Assembly: GCA_046482545.1 (NCBI GenBank)
Contig: JAWOEX010000019.1
Span: 8,243-72,242 of the forward strand
Reading direction: 5' to 3'
Length of the DNA: 64,000 nt
From: Candidatus Thorarchaeota archaeon
Lineage (GTDB): Archaea > Asgardarchaeota > Thorarchaeia > Thorarchaeales > Thorarchaeaceae
Positions 9,267-19,089 of this stretch are shown here, in pieces. Every line of letters begins with the position of its first letter. The first letter of the stretch is position 1. The position numbers and the translations under genes were made by a program. The notes beneath the pieces were generated by a model, which made no database searches, was not told the DNA's origin, and saw nothing but the letters and a program-made list of their open reading frames with translations.

Positions 9267-10319
9267 CTATCTCATGGTAAGAGACATGACGGCTTTCTGA
9301 CCATGGAGCCTGTTCTCGGCCTGATCGAATACAACAGATTGTGGGCCATCAATAACGGAATTCGCAACTTCAAAGCCCCTGTCTGCAGGTAGGCAATGCA
9401 TATACTTTGCCTGGGGTCCAGCAATTTCCATCATTTCGTCGTTGCAAATCCAATGCTTGTTCTTATCAAAGACTTCCTGCGACTTCTCCAGTTCGACCTT
9501 GTCATTGAATGGCGGGATGTACTCCTTGCAGGTCCAAGCCTTTGGATACACAACATCTGCTCCTTCAAAGGCCTCTTCCATGTCATACATGATTTCGAAG
9601 TTCGAATCATTTTCCTCAGCCATCACCTCGCATTCTTTGATCACGTTGTCATCGAGTTCCATTCCCTTCGGATGGGCCAGTACTGTATCCATTCCCATCT
9701 TTGTGGCTGCTATAACAGCGCTCTGAGGCACTGCCAATGGTTTGTGAACTGATGGAGAATAAGCCCAGCTCATCACGAACTTGACATCCTTGAAACTGCC
9801 AAACTTTTCCTTCACCGTCAGTATGTCAGCTAGACCTTGGCACGGATGATACACATCATCCTCCATGTTTATGATTGGACAGTCTGCCCAGTAAGCGAAG
9901 TTTTCAAGCATCTTGTTTGCTTTCCCATAATGCCAACCAACTGGATCTCCGTAACATCGGATTGCTATGGCTTCACCCATCCGCGAAAGCACACGGGCAA
10001 CATCGGATACCCGTTCGGTTGAGTAAGCTTTCTCATCTCCCTCAAGTGCGGGGGCATAAATCTTGTCAGTGTCCAGAAAATGTGCGTGTCCGCCAAGCTG
10101 GGTCATTCCCGCTTCAAAAGAGTTTCTGGTACGAAGGCTGCTATTATAAAAAATCATGAATAGCGATTTTGCATCCAGAAGCTTGTGGGGTTCACCCATC
10201 GCATATCTTCGTTTCAAATCAAGTGCTACATCAAGAAGAGTTTCAATTTCTTCCTTCGAATAATCAAGCAAGGTTAGGTAATCCTTTCCTCGAAAGGTAT
10301 CAGTTTTTACCATTGTCAC
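9267..10319 (-). CDS. argF: Ornithine/N-acetylornithine carbamoyltransferase-family protein
   Basis: SSLRTRNSFE, HPCQGLAD, HCLPADRG, QAENRLH; SLRT and WAYSP resemble the N-acetylornithine (ArgF') type. Confidence 0.88.
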   Translation of the reverse strand: MTMVKTDTFRGKDYLTLLDYSKEEIETLLDVALDLKRRYAMGEPHKLLDAKSLFMIFYNSSLRTRNSFEAGMTQLGGHAHFLDTDKIYAPALEGDEKAYSTERVSDVARVLSRMGEAIAIRCYGDPVGWHYGKANKMLENFAYWADCPIINMEDDVYHPCQGLADILTVKEKFGSFKDVKFVMSWAYSPSVHKPLAVPQSAVIAATKMGMDTVLAHPKGMELDDNVIKECEVMAEENDSNFEIMYDMEEAFEGADVVYPKAWTCKEYIPPFNDKVELEKSQEVFDKNKHWICNDEMMEIAGPQAKYMHCLPADRGFEVANSVIDGPQSVVFDQAENRLHGQKAVMSLTMR

Positions 10320-10517
10320 TCACACTATTCAGATGGCTATTCAGCTATAGAAAAACCTTGCTAACGGGTCAATACGAACCAAAAACCACAAGACATCCTT
10401 GGTTCGGATGAAAATCTTTATTCCGAGTACTGCATTGGTGTCATCACACAGGGGAGAGCTTTTATCAGCCGGTTCCAGAGATTGTAAACATCAGCTTCAA
10501 CAAGGTGGCCTTAGAGA

Positions 10518-11708
10518 GTGCATAAAGAAATTGTGGATGGAGTGCATTATGTTGGTGTGGATGACCATCACACAGAGCTATTTGAAAATATATGGCGTAT
10601 TCCTTACGGCATCTCCTACAACAGCTATCTCATTGTAGACGAAAAAATTGCAATTATTGACCTGGTCAAGGAACCATGGGCCGAAAAGTGGCTCAACAAT
10701 ATTCGAGAGATTATTGACCCTTCGGAGATAGACTATATCATAATGAACCACATGGAGCCAGATCATACTGGAGCTTTGCCTGAACTTGCTAGGATAGCAC
10801 AAAATGCAACAATGGTATATACTGATAGGGCAGCAGATATTCAGGAGTCGTTCTATAATGTGGAATTGGAGGAACATACCGTCGATGACCTAGAAGAGAT
10901 ATCTCTTGGAAACAAGACACTCCAGTTTGTACATGCACAATTTCTTCACTGGCCTGAAACCATGTTGACTTATTTGAAAGAAGACAGGGTTCTCTTCGCT
11001 TGTGATGCCTTCGGGTCATATGGCGCACTCAATGGAAAAATCTTCGATTCAGACTGGAACCTTAATGTGATAGAAGAAGAAAGCCGGAGATACCTATCAT
11101 CAATTATCACAAGCTATCTGAGATTTATACAGCGAGGTATTGAGAAGGTCCGCGACCTAGGAATAGAAATCGATGTCATTGCACCGAGTCACGGTCCGAT
11201 ATACAATGAAAAACCAGAATGGATTATTCAGAAATACGATGAATGGAGTAGTCCAGAATTAGAAGACAACGTAGCTATTGTCTATGGCTCGATGTACGGA
11301 TACACACAGAGATTGGCCGTCAATCTCAAGAAGCAGCTGCTCGAGCAAGATGTTGAAGTTAACATGCATAATGCCTCCTACTCAGACATGAGCAAAATTC
11401 TCGTAGATGCTATGAGAGCAGGTGTGCTTGTAATTGGTTTGCCAACCTACGACGCATTCCCGTTCCCACCAATATGGTCGTTCCTCAATGAGGTGGAAGG
11501 GAAGAGACTACCCAAGAGACCAATCGGGTTGTTCGGTACATATGGCTGGGGTGGAGGCGGAGTACGCAAAACTAAGAAGAAGCTTGAAGACATGAGGTTC
11601 AATATCCTGGAGCCCGTAATTCGAGTTCAAGGTTTACCATCCGACGCAGAGTCGGCTCAAACCAAGAAACTTGCAGACGCAATAAAAGCTCATCTAGAAA
11701 ACAAGTAA
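10518..11708 (+). CDS. fprA: Flavodiiron protein (FprA, A-type flavoprotein)
   Basis: NHMEPDH, LHWPETM, CDAFG, APSHG, flavodoxin SMYGYT, FGTYGWGGG. Confidence 0.94.
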   Translation: MHKEIVDGVHYVGVDDHHTELFENIWRIPYGISYNSYLIVDEKIAIIDLVKEPWAEKWLNNIREIIDPSEIDYIIMNHMEPDHTGALPELARIAQNATMVYTDRAADIQESFYNVELEEHTVDDLEEISLGNKTLQFVHAQFLHWPETMLTYLKEDRVLFACDAFGSYGALNGKIFDSDWNLNVIEEESRRYLSSIITSYLRFIQRGIEKVRDLGIEIDVIAPSHGPIYNEKPEWIIQKYDEWSSPELEDNVAIVYGSMYGYTQRLAVNLKKQLLEQDVEVNMHNASYSDMSKILVDAMRAGVLVIGLPTYDAFPFPPIWSFLNEVEGKRLPKRPIGLFGTYGWGGGGVRKTKKKLEDMRFNILEPVIRVQGLPSDAESAQTKKLADAIKAHLENK

Positions 11709-11730
11709 GTCCTCGAATTACACACCAGTT

Positions 11731-13059
11731 TCAGGTGTCCGAGAAACTTCCGAGACTGCCAACCAGAGAATCCCATGATTGGAAAAGCCTCGCTACGGGA
11801 AAGGCTTCATTGAAGTATTTGTTATGCTCCAAATCAACATACTGTGCGTGCCGTGCTAACTGTTCGCATATCCGTCGTGTGTCACTTGAGCATAAAATCG
11901 CCGCTGCCCCCAAACTAGCTCCATGATCTCTCGCTACATGCTTCGTATTTTCGAAATCTGGGAGCATGCCTATCCTTCTTGCAGCTTCGATATCCAGCGA
12001 GGAGCCAAATGAACCTGTTGTGTGGACCTGACTAACTTGCGATTCAGTGATTTCAGCCTCTCTCAATAGGGCAACTACCCCGGCCGCCACTGCGGATTTG
12101 GCAAGCTGTAATGCTCGAATTTCGGGTTGAGTTATGTAGATTGCTTCACCCGTGAGAGTCTCTTCTTTGGTGGCAACGGTGTAGTAGTATATTGACCCTG
12201 ACGCTTTGATTTGACCACTATCCGAATCACGGTTCAACGTACCTGTTCTATTGAGCAAACCTGTTTGCAGCATCTCTGAAAGTAAAGAGATTACCCCGGA
12301 CCCGCAGATGCCCGAAGGTTTGTTCCCATCGATAACACTGCATTCCGTGCTGAGGGTGTCAGGTTCTATGTGAATTCCATCAATCGCACCGGGAGATGCC
12401 TCAGCTCCACATTCGAGTGACATGCTTTCGAAGGCGGGGCCAGATGCTACCGAAGCAGCCCATATCTTCGCTCCGTCCCACATCAGTAGCTCAGTATTTA
12501 CTCCAATATCCATGATTAAAACTGGCTTCTTACGTTCCCAGACTCTCGCTGCAGCAACATTCGCACAGGAATCAGCTCCAACAAATGCGTCTATTAGTGG
12601 AGGAGAATAGAGCAATGTAGAAGATGCAGAGGTTAGCCCTGTATCTCGGGCAGTGGTTGCTATAGGGGCACATGAATAGGGGGTATAAGGAGTGTCAAGA
12701 AGCGAACCGAGTTCGAGACCATAGAAGAGGTGATGCATTACCGTGTTACCTACCAAAACTATCTCTCCTAGATCCTCTGTCTTGACTTGGTTGCGTTTCA
12801 TTATGTCCTTTAATGTGAAATCAATAGTTGCGACTGTGACTAATCGCAATTTTTCTGTTTGCATTGGTGATGATACAGCATATCTGGCACGAGATATGAT
12901 ATCGAGGCCTGCAAATGATTGAGGATTAGGTACTACTCGCTCAGCAAGAGGGGTGCTATCACCACAACTAACAAGTCTGAAAACTATGTTAGATGTGCCA
13001 ATGTCCACGGTCAATCCAAGCATTGCCAACGCAACCTTGTAATTCAGGGTGCTATCCAA
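11731..13059 (-). CDS. ASKHA-domain reductive activator of corrinoid proteins (RACo/DUF4445-like), no N-terminal ferredoxin domain
   Basis: DIGTSN, GNTVMHH, DIGVNTE, GPAFE, GICGSG, QLAKSA motifs. Confidence 0.85.
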   Translation of the reverse strand: MDSTLNYKVALAMLGLTVDIGTSNIVFRLVSCGDSTPLAERVVPNPQSFAGLDIISRARYAVSSPMQTEKLRLVTVATIDFTLKDIMKRNQVKTEDLGEIVLVGNTVMHHLFYGLELGSLLDTPYTPYSCAPIATTARDTGLTSASSTLLYSPPLIDAFVGADSCANVAAARVWERKKPVLIMDIGVNTELLMWDGAKIWAASVASGPAFESMSLECGAEASPGAIDGIHIEPDTLSTECSVIDGNKPSGICGSGVISLLSEMLQTGLLNRTGTLNRDSDSGQIKASGSIYYYTVATKEETLTGEAIYITQPEIRALQLAKSAVAAGVVALLREAEITESQVSQVHTTGSFGSSLDIEAARRIGMLPDFENTKHVARDHGASLGAAAILCSSDTRRICEQLARHAQYVDLEHNKYFNEAFPVARLFQSWDSLVGSLGSFSDT

Positions 13060-13078
13060 AGCAAGACCAAATGAATAT

Positions 13079-13528
13079 CTATCTCACAAGCATAACTGGA
13101 CATTTTGCATGGTTGGTGACCTTATCGCTTATAGAACCAACAAAGAACCGCTTGATACCACTAAGGCCCCGTGAACCCATTATGATAATATCTGCGTCTT
13201 TCTCATCCGCAATTTCAATGATGCGGCTTGCGGGGTCACCATGATCAAGCAAATCAGTGACTTCACAACCAAGATTAGAAGCAAGCGTCTTAGCTTTTGT
13301 CAATATATCCTCACCTACCTTTTCGAGCGCAAGAAACGGCTGGTCTGACACAGTATCTTGATAGGGAGTTGCTGATACAAGCATCGGAACCACATGAAGG
13401 AGAATCACTTCTGCATCCATACTAGGTCCTATTGAGCAAGCATACTGCACCGCCTTGTCTGAGTGTTCTGATCCATCAACTGCGACAACTATTGTCTCTA
13501 TATCAACTGGCTTTACTTCCTCACTCAT
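13079..13528 (-). CDS. uspA: Universal stress protein
   Basis: IVVAVDGSEHS, GSRGLSGIKRFFVGSISDKV, CPVMLVR. Confidence 0.95.
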   Translation of the reverse strand: MSEEVKPVDIETIVVAVDGSEHSDKAVQYACSIGPSMDAEVILLHVVPMLVSATPYQDTVSDQPFLALEKVGEDILTKAKTLASNLGCEVTDLLDHGDPASRIIEIADEKDADIIIMGSRGLSGIKRFFVGSISDKVTNHAKCPVMLVR

Positions 13529-13629
13529 CGGACATCCTCTGGCTCCTTTTTAGCTGCATACCTTATCTCTCTTTCCGATAGAGATAAGTTTGGATCTTCC
13601 CTATATTGTTATGTTGTTGGTGAAAGAAA

Positions 13630-13863
13630 TTGAGAATAGCAGGAACTAGGTATTCCATGAGTCGGGAAGGAGATGCAATAGAGCTCAAAAAACAGGGACA
13701 AAGAGTTCAAACATTCGACGTCAAAGAAAAAACAGCTACAGAAATTGCTGAAAACATCCAGATGACATTACGAAGAAAAGGTGTCATTGTGCAGAAGTCA
13801 CTGCTGGAGGATAATATCCGCGAATTTTTCCCGAATGCCCGTAAATACGGAGTCCTAAAATAG
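13630..13863 (+). CDS. Small hypothetical protein
   Basis: 77 aa ORF filling the intergenic space, GGTGA RBS upstream. Confidence 0.6.
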   Translation: MRIAGTRYSMSREGDAIELKKQGQRVQTFDVKEKTATEIAENIQMTLRRKGVIVQKSLLEDNIREFFPNARKYGVLK

Positions 13864-13867
13864 GAAA

Positions 13868-15397
13868 TCAGTTCTCATTTTCAAGTAGTACTTGGAAATC
13901 CTTCTTCCCTTGAACCAAGTCAGTGAGTACCGAAACCAATTCATCTCTATGCCTGCGAATCTGTTTCATGCTTTCGATTTCGCGTATCGTAACAGTTCCG
14001 TCTTCAAGCGTATCATAGTCTATAGTTACACAGAATGGCGTACCAATCTCGTCTTGCCTTCGATATCTCCTGCCGATTGAACCACTATAGTCAAACTGGC
14101 AAATCAGACCGCTTTCAGAAATATCTTCATAAATCTCCTTGGCCGGTTTCATCAGTTTGTCTTTGCTCATCAGTGGAAATACAGCTACTTGGACAGGTGC
14201 AACCTCCGGCTTGAATTTCAACCACACACGCTTACCGTCCTTTCTATAAGCATTGTCGATAAGACAATACAACGGTCGTTCCACACCAAAAGCTATCTCA
14301 AGCACGTTCGGTACAACCTTCTTGTCACCGACATTCACAGTCATGGTTTCACCAGAATACTCTTGATGACGCTTCAAATCGTAGTCGCCACGATCATGGA
14401 CGCCGCAACACTCAATCCAACCGAAGCTATCTGTATGAATCTCGACGTCCCATGCGTCCTTTGCATAGTGAGCCCGTTCATCAGGCAGATGCTGGCGCAA
14501 TCTCATATTCGAATTGGTGAATCCCATACCGCTGAATATCTCATAGGCGAGGTAAACGCACCATGCATATGCTTGGGTTTCGAAATATCCGCTTTCTTTA
14601 GCTTCTGCAACCTTTGTCATCGATACCTCCGCGTTAGTATTCTCAAGCTGAGCTTCTGCAGGTAGCAAAGGAATCTCGATATCATCGATTTCTTCATAAT
14701 CCGCCCAGTCCTTCTCATCTTCCTCAGTAATGAAAATCTGGCCCTCAACTTGAGTGAACTCTCTCAGTCTGAGAAGTCCCTGTCGAGGAGATATCTCGTT
14801 TCTGTAGGCCTTTCCTATCTGGAAGACTGAAGCTGGTAGTTTGTCCCGGAAGAAAGTCATCAGCCGTTTGAACAAGAGATATGTTGTTGTTGCTGTTTCC
14901 GGTCTCAAGTAAGCCTCTTGAGCCAGTCCAAGCCGCGTTTTGAGCATGAGATTGTACGATTCGACTTCTCCGAACGGACCAGAACATGACGGGCATTCGA
15001 GTTCAAGTTCTCGAATAGTATCCGACATCTCTTCAAGGCTCATACCCTCGACTTTGATATCTGGCGCTTCTTCTTTAATCAGAGAATCAGCTCGATAGGT
15101 TTGATCACACTTCTCGCAGGTGACTATAGGATCAATGAAACCTTCAAGATGACCAGAAGCCTCCCATACTTCTCGCGGGGCTACTGTTGGGCTTTCGATT
15201 TCCCAAAAATCAGCCTTGACAAATTCCTTACGAATTCCGCTCTCAAGACGATTCTTGAGAAGTTTGCCAAGGGGACCCAAGTCGTAAAAGCCGGAGCTTC
15301 CACCATAGATTTCGGGAGATGGACCCCAAAAAAATCCTCTCTTAATTGCTAGAGCGGAAATAACGTCGCTGAAATCTTTGTCTCCGGACATGAACAA
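13868..15397 (-). CDS. glyS: Glycine--tRNA ligase (archaeal/eukaryotic alpha2 type)
   Basis: YLRPETA, RNEISPRQGLLRLREFTQ, ERAHYA, GSIGRRYRRQDEIGTPFCVTID. Confidence 0.96.
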   Translation of the reverse strand: MFMSGDKDFSDVISALAIKRGFFWGPSPEIYGGSSGFYDLGPLGKLLKNRLESGIRKEFVKADFWEIESPTVAPREVWEASGHLEGFIDPIVTCEKCDQTYRADSLIKEEAPDIKVEGMSLEEMSDTIRELELECPSCSGPFGEVESYNLMLKTRLGLAQEAYLRPETATTTYLLFKRLMTFFRDKLPASVFQIGKAYRNEISPRQGLLRLREFTQVEGQIFITEEDEKDWADYEEIDDIEIPLLPAEAQLENTNAEVSMTKVAEAKESGYFETQAYAWCVYLAYEIFSGMGFTNSNMRLRQHLPDERAHYAKDAWDVEIHTDSFGWIECCGVHDRGDYDLKRHQEYSGETMTVNVGDKKVVPNVLEIAFGVERPLYCLIDNAYRKDGKRVWLKFKPEVAPVQVAVFPLMSKDKLMKPAKEIYEDISESGLICQFDYSGSIGRRYRRQDEIGTPFCVTIDYDTLEDGTVTIREIESMKQIRRHRDELVSVLTDLVQGKKDFQVLLENEN

Positions 15398-15534
15398 CTA
15401 CCATTTCCCACGCAGTATTCTGATTGTCTTAAGTCTAACGAAGCATCATCTCTCATCTTTTATCATATGGGACATCCTTCCACCCCCAGCACTCTTATTA
15501 GGATAGAGACTTTGCGGAAATGTGCGGTGGTAAT

Positions 15535-16800
15535 ATGGTCGATGATTCAAGGTTATCTGGTTTCTACAATCTTCCCCGAGAAGAAAGAATCAACAAACTC
15601 ATGAAATTAACCGGTCTAGATGGAGAAGCTCTTGGCCCACTGATAGATCCGGGTCGAGTTGAGATGGGTATTCTGGACCATATGATCGAGAATGTAATTG
15701 GTTCAATGACACTTCCACTTGGAATCGCAACCAACTTCAAAATCAACGGCTCTGACTACTTGGTTCCAATGGCAATAGAAGAACCTTCAGTAGTTGCCGC
15801 AGCAAGCCATGCAGCCAAGATTGCTAGGGTCCATGGTGGTTTTACGGCAATCCAAAGAGACTCAGTGATGATTGCTCAGATTCAAGCAGTTAACGTTCCA
15901 TCACCCCATTCCGCAAGAGTTGATGTATTGAATTCTAAGGATGAAATACTTGAGCTTGCAAATGAACAAGACCCGATTCTTGTCAAATTGGGTGGAGGAG
16001 CCAAAGATTTGCGGACCCGTGTCATTCATACTTTCCGTGGGCCAATGATGATCACCGAGCTCCTAGTAGACACGAAGGATGCCATGGGAGCAAATGCAGT
16101 TAACACAATGGCTGAAGCAGTAGCTCCTCTCATCGAGAGGATTACAGGCGGAAGAATCCTTTTGCGCATACTTTCAAATCTTGCTGACAGAAGGTTGGTC
16201 CATGCTAGCGCCAAATTTGATGCAGAAGAATTGGGTGGAGAAGAAGTTGTTGATGGGATTCTTGATGCTTGGGCATTTGCAGAAGCAGATCCGTACAGAT
16301 GTGCGACACATAACAAAGGAATCATGAATGGGATAGACGCAGTTGTAATCGCTACAGGCAACGATTTTCGAGCCATTGAGTCTGGAGCACATAGCTTCGC
16401 ATCAATAGGGGGGTACAGTAGCCTCACAAAATACGAGAAAGCTGAAGATGGTAACTTAATTGGCTCTATAGAACTACCTCTGGCACTGGGTCTTGTTGGA
16501 GGAGCAACTAAAGTACACCCCGTTGCAAGAACATGCGTTGACATCTTAGGTGTCGAAAGCGCACGAGAGCTTGCAGAAGTAACCGCAAGCGTAGGATTAG
16601 CCCAAAATCTTGCTGCTCTACGAGCCTTGGCTTCTGAAGGTATACAGGAAGGTCACATGGCTTTGCACGCGAGAAATGTTGCAGCAACGGCTGGGGCGTC
16701 TGGTGAAGAAATTCAAAAAGTAGCGGATATTCTTGTAGAAGAAGAAAAAATCAACACTGAAAGAGCAACCGAGATTCTTCAAGAATTGCGCAAATCATAG
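15535..16800 (+). CDS. mvaA: HMG-CoA reductase, class II
   Basis: SRLSGFY, MIENVIG, EEPSVVAA, DAMGAN, THNKGIMNG, GIQEGHMALH. Confidence 0.95.
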   Translation: MVDDSRLSGFYNLPREERINKLMKLTGLDGEALGPLIDPGRVEMGILDHMIENVIGSMTLPLGIATNFKINGSDYLVPMAIEEPSVVAAASHAAKIARVHGGFTAIQRDSVMIAQIQAVNVPSPHSARVDVLNSKDEILELANEQDPILVKLGGGAKDLRTRVIHTFRGPMMITELLVDTKDAMGANAVNTMAEAVAPLIERITGGRILLRILSNLADRRLVHASAKFDAEELGGEEVVDGILDAWAFAEADPYRCATHNKGIMNGIDAVVIATGNDFRAIESGAHSFASIGGYSSLTKYEKAEDGNLIGSIELPLALGLVGGATKVHPVARTCVDILGVESARELAEVTASVGLAQNLAALRALASEGIQEGHMALHARNVAATAGASGEEIQKVADILVEEEKINTERATEILQELRKS

Positions 16801-16995
16801 AGCGTGACTAGATAAGCATTAGAAAGAGAAAACTCGTCAGTATGAAATCTCAAAATGCGGGGCCACCATAATCGTGTGTATCTGTCGAAATGGTTCATCA
16901 ACACAACATATTTCTGTTACTCAAGCAACCATAATAACGAGTATGGGCTCTTGCCATAACCTAATGGAGCCCACCCAAACGGGGTTAGATTGAAT

Positions 16996-17748
16996 ATGGA
17001 ACAGGATTGTAGCCAGTGGGAACGGCTAGCCGGTGAGTTTGCTGAAGTTGAGAAGTTCTATCAGGCAGCCAATCAGTATGAACAGGCCGCAGCATGCTAT
17101 CTTGATAGGGTCGAGGAAATGACTCGAAATTCAGCTGAAAACTATCACATCTACGCAGAGGTAAGCCTAGAAAAAGATGATCATAAGTCTGCAGCTCAAG
17201 GATATTTCGAAGCAGCAACTCAATACAGGCAAATTAGCGAGCACGATACAGCCCTTACGCTTTTTGAGAATGCCGCCAAAGAAGCACTTCTGGAAAGAAT
17301 GACTGAAACCGCTGCTCAGGCGTATCTATGGGCAGCATATGCCTGCCACAAGTTGGGCAACAAGGAATACTTCTTAACATGTGCCAAGAATATGGGTAAT
17401 CTGTACAAGGAAGCGGCAAAGAAAGCACTTGACGCGGGTAAAGCGGAGAGAGCCGTCATTGATCTCTCGCTGGCGGCAATGGGATTTGCGACCATTGAGC
17501 GTATGGAAGACGCCCGCGAAGAAATAGAGAAAGCCCGTCGAATCATTGGCAAGACTAGATGGGTTTGGCTCAAGACACTATTGCAATTCAGCGATGCGCT
17601 AACTGAGAATAATCTGGATAAGGCAGATGAGCTTCTTGAAAATTTCGATGAAGAAAAGACAATTCAAGAGGTTATGGGCGCATGCCTGAACATCCGTGAA
17701 GAAATAGAAAGAAGAAGAAGGAGAGAAGAACTGGCTGCAGAGTCGTGA
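16996..17748 (+). CDS. All-helical TPR/alpha-SNAP-like repeat protein
   Basis: Repeats of AA..Y..AA..Y (QAANQYEQAAACY, SAAQGYFEAATQY, TAAQAYLWAA). Confidence 0.75.
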   Translation: MEQDCSQWERLAGEFAEVEKFYQAANQYEQAAACYLDRVEEMTRNSAENYHIYAEVSLEKDDHKSAAQGYFEAATQYRQISEHDTALTLFENAAKEALLERMTETAAQAYLWAAYACHKLGNKEYFLTCAKNMGNLYKEAAKKALDAGKAERAVIDLSLAAMGFATIERMEDAREEIEKARRIIGKTRWVWLKTLLQFSDALTENNLDKADELLENFDEEKTIQEVMGACLNIREEIERRRRREELAAES

Positions 17749-17750
17749 TA

Positions 17751-19013
17751 TCAGTCCACAAATACCTGCAGCGTTTCAGAGGCTAAGACTTCTCCTTCAG
17801 CATCTCGAACGAATACAGATGCTCTTTCTTGTCCCTCAGCTGCACCCCGCAGATAAAGCTGGAATCTCATTTGTTCACCTACTCCAACGAAATTGATTGA
17901 TTTGCTGTTGCTCCCAACTGCAACTTCAATGCCAGGAGAGGTCTCGAAAACCAAATCAATATCGTTAGCCGGGCCAGAGCCTTCGTTACTAAGTGTGATA
18001 TCGAACACTACTTCTTCGCCCAAACCACAAGAGACTTCTTCGGGGTGGATATCAATGTCTAGGCTCGGAGGCGCAGGTGCGATTCTGAAAGAAATCTTAT
18101 TGCTCCGTTTATGAACCAAAACCTCTTCTCCTTCCAAAGTCATTCTCACTGGACCGAGAGAACCATCACCACTTAGAGTCGGCTCAACCCTTAGAAGCCA
18201 GGACTTCTGTTTCGAAGGTGGTCGTTCAATTTCGGGCTCGTTTGAGAGTCGGATACTATTGGACAACGAGAAGCGATAATCCGTTACCTTCACTGGCACA
18301 GGACAGGTGTAATGAATCTCAAATTCCAGTTCTTGCTTGGCTCTGACTTCTCTTTGTGCGGGACCTGCCCATTCTAATAACAAATCAGTATCGCTTGCGT
18401 ACTTGAAGGAACTAGATAGAAAACTAATGGCTTCTTTTTCCTCTGAAGCCAATCCGGATTTCTTAAGAAATCGAGAAAATTCCTTCTGGTCAGCACTTTC
18501 ACCTTCAAAAAGAACAGAAACGCACAGACGAGCCAATCTGAATGATGCCAAGTCAGAGGCTAAGTTCGGGGTAATTCTCTTTTCAGCCTTTCTAAGAAGA
18601 TTGACAGCTGTATCGAAATTCCGGGACAAAAGGCGGCAAAGAATCGCCATGGATATCGTTCGACCAGAGCCTTTGGCATGCCCTCCACGGTTGAAATGAT
18701 CGGACGTTTCCGAATAGAGAACAGCTGCTTCATCATATCTCTTATCACGAATAAGCGCTTTAGCCGCCGTCCGTTTAAGATGGCCAACCCGCTTGTGATT
18801 GTCCATTTCCAATGAACAATAAGCTGCTTCTCGGAAATACTTGATTGCAAAATCAATCTCATCTGCTTTAAGGAAAAGATTGGCTGCCTTCTCATATTCG
18901 GTGCTGGCATAATCGGGATAATTCTGCTCCCATTCTTCTATTGCCCGATCAATATGTTTCTTTGCTCGATCAACCGGGTCTCTATTCAGAATTTTGTCAA
19001 GGAAATCAAACAT
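17751..19013 (-). CDS. SNAP-like helical repeats fused to C-terminal Ig-like (CARDB-like) domains
   Basis: ASTEYEKAANLF, AIKYFREAA, AAVLYSE; C-terminal ITLSNEGSGPANDI Ig-fold pattern. Confidence 0.72.
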   Translation of the reverse strand: MFDFLDKILNRDPVDRAKKHIDRAIEEWEQNYPDYASTEYEKAANLFLKADEIDFAIKYFREAAYCSLEMDNHKRVGHLKRTAAKALIRDKRYDEAAVLYSETSDHFNRGGHAKGSGRTISMAILCRLLSRNFDTAVNLLRKAEKRITPNLASDLASFRLARLCVSVLFEGESADQKEFSRFLKKSGLASEEKEAISFLSSSFKYASDTDLLLEWAGPAQREVRAKQELEFEIHYTCPVPVKVTDYRFSLSNSIRLSNEPEIERPPSKQKSWLLRVEPTLSGDGSLGPVRMTLEGEEVLVHKRSNKISFRIAPAPPSLDIDIHPEEVSCGLGEEVVFDITLSNEGSGPANDIDLVFETSPGIEVAVGSNSKSINFVGVGEQMRFQLYLRGAAEGQERASVFVRDAEGEVLASETLQVFVD

Positions 19014-19089
19014 CGATTCTCTTCTCCGTGCCTTCCGTTACATTCGAATAGTCATACCGTTTTATGGATTACGCCTCAGGTGGATAAAC

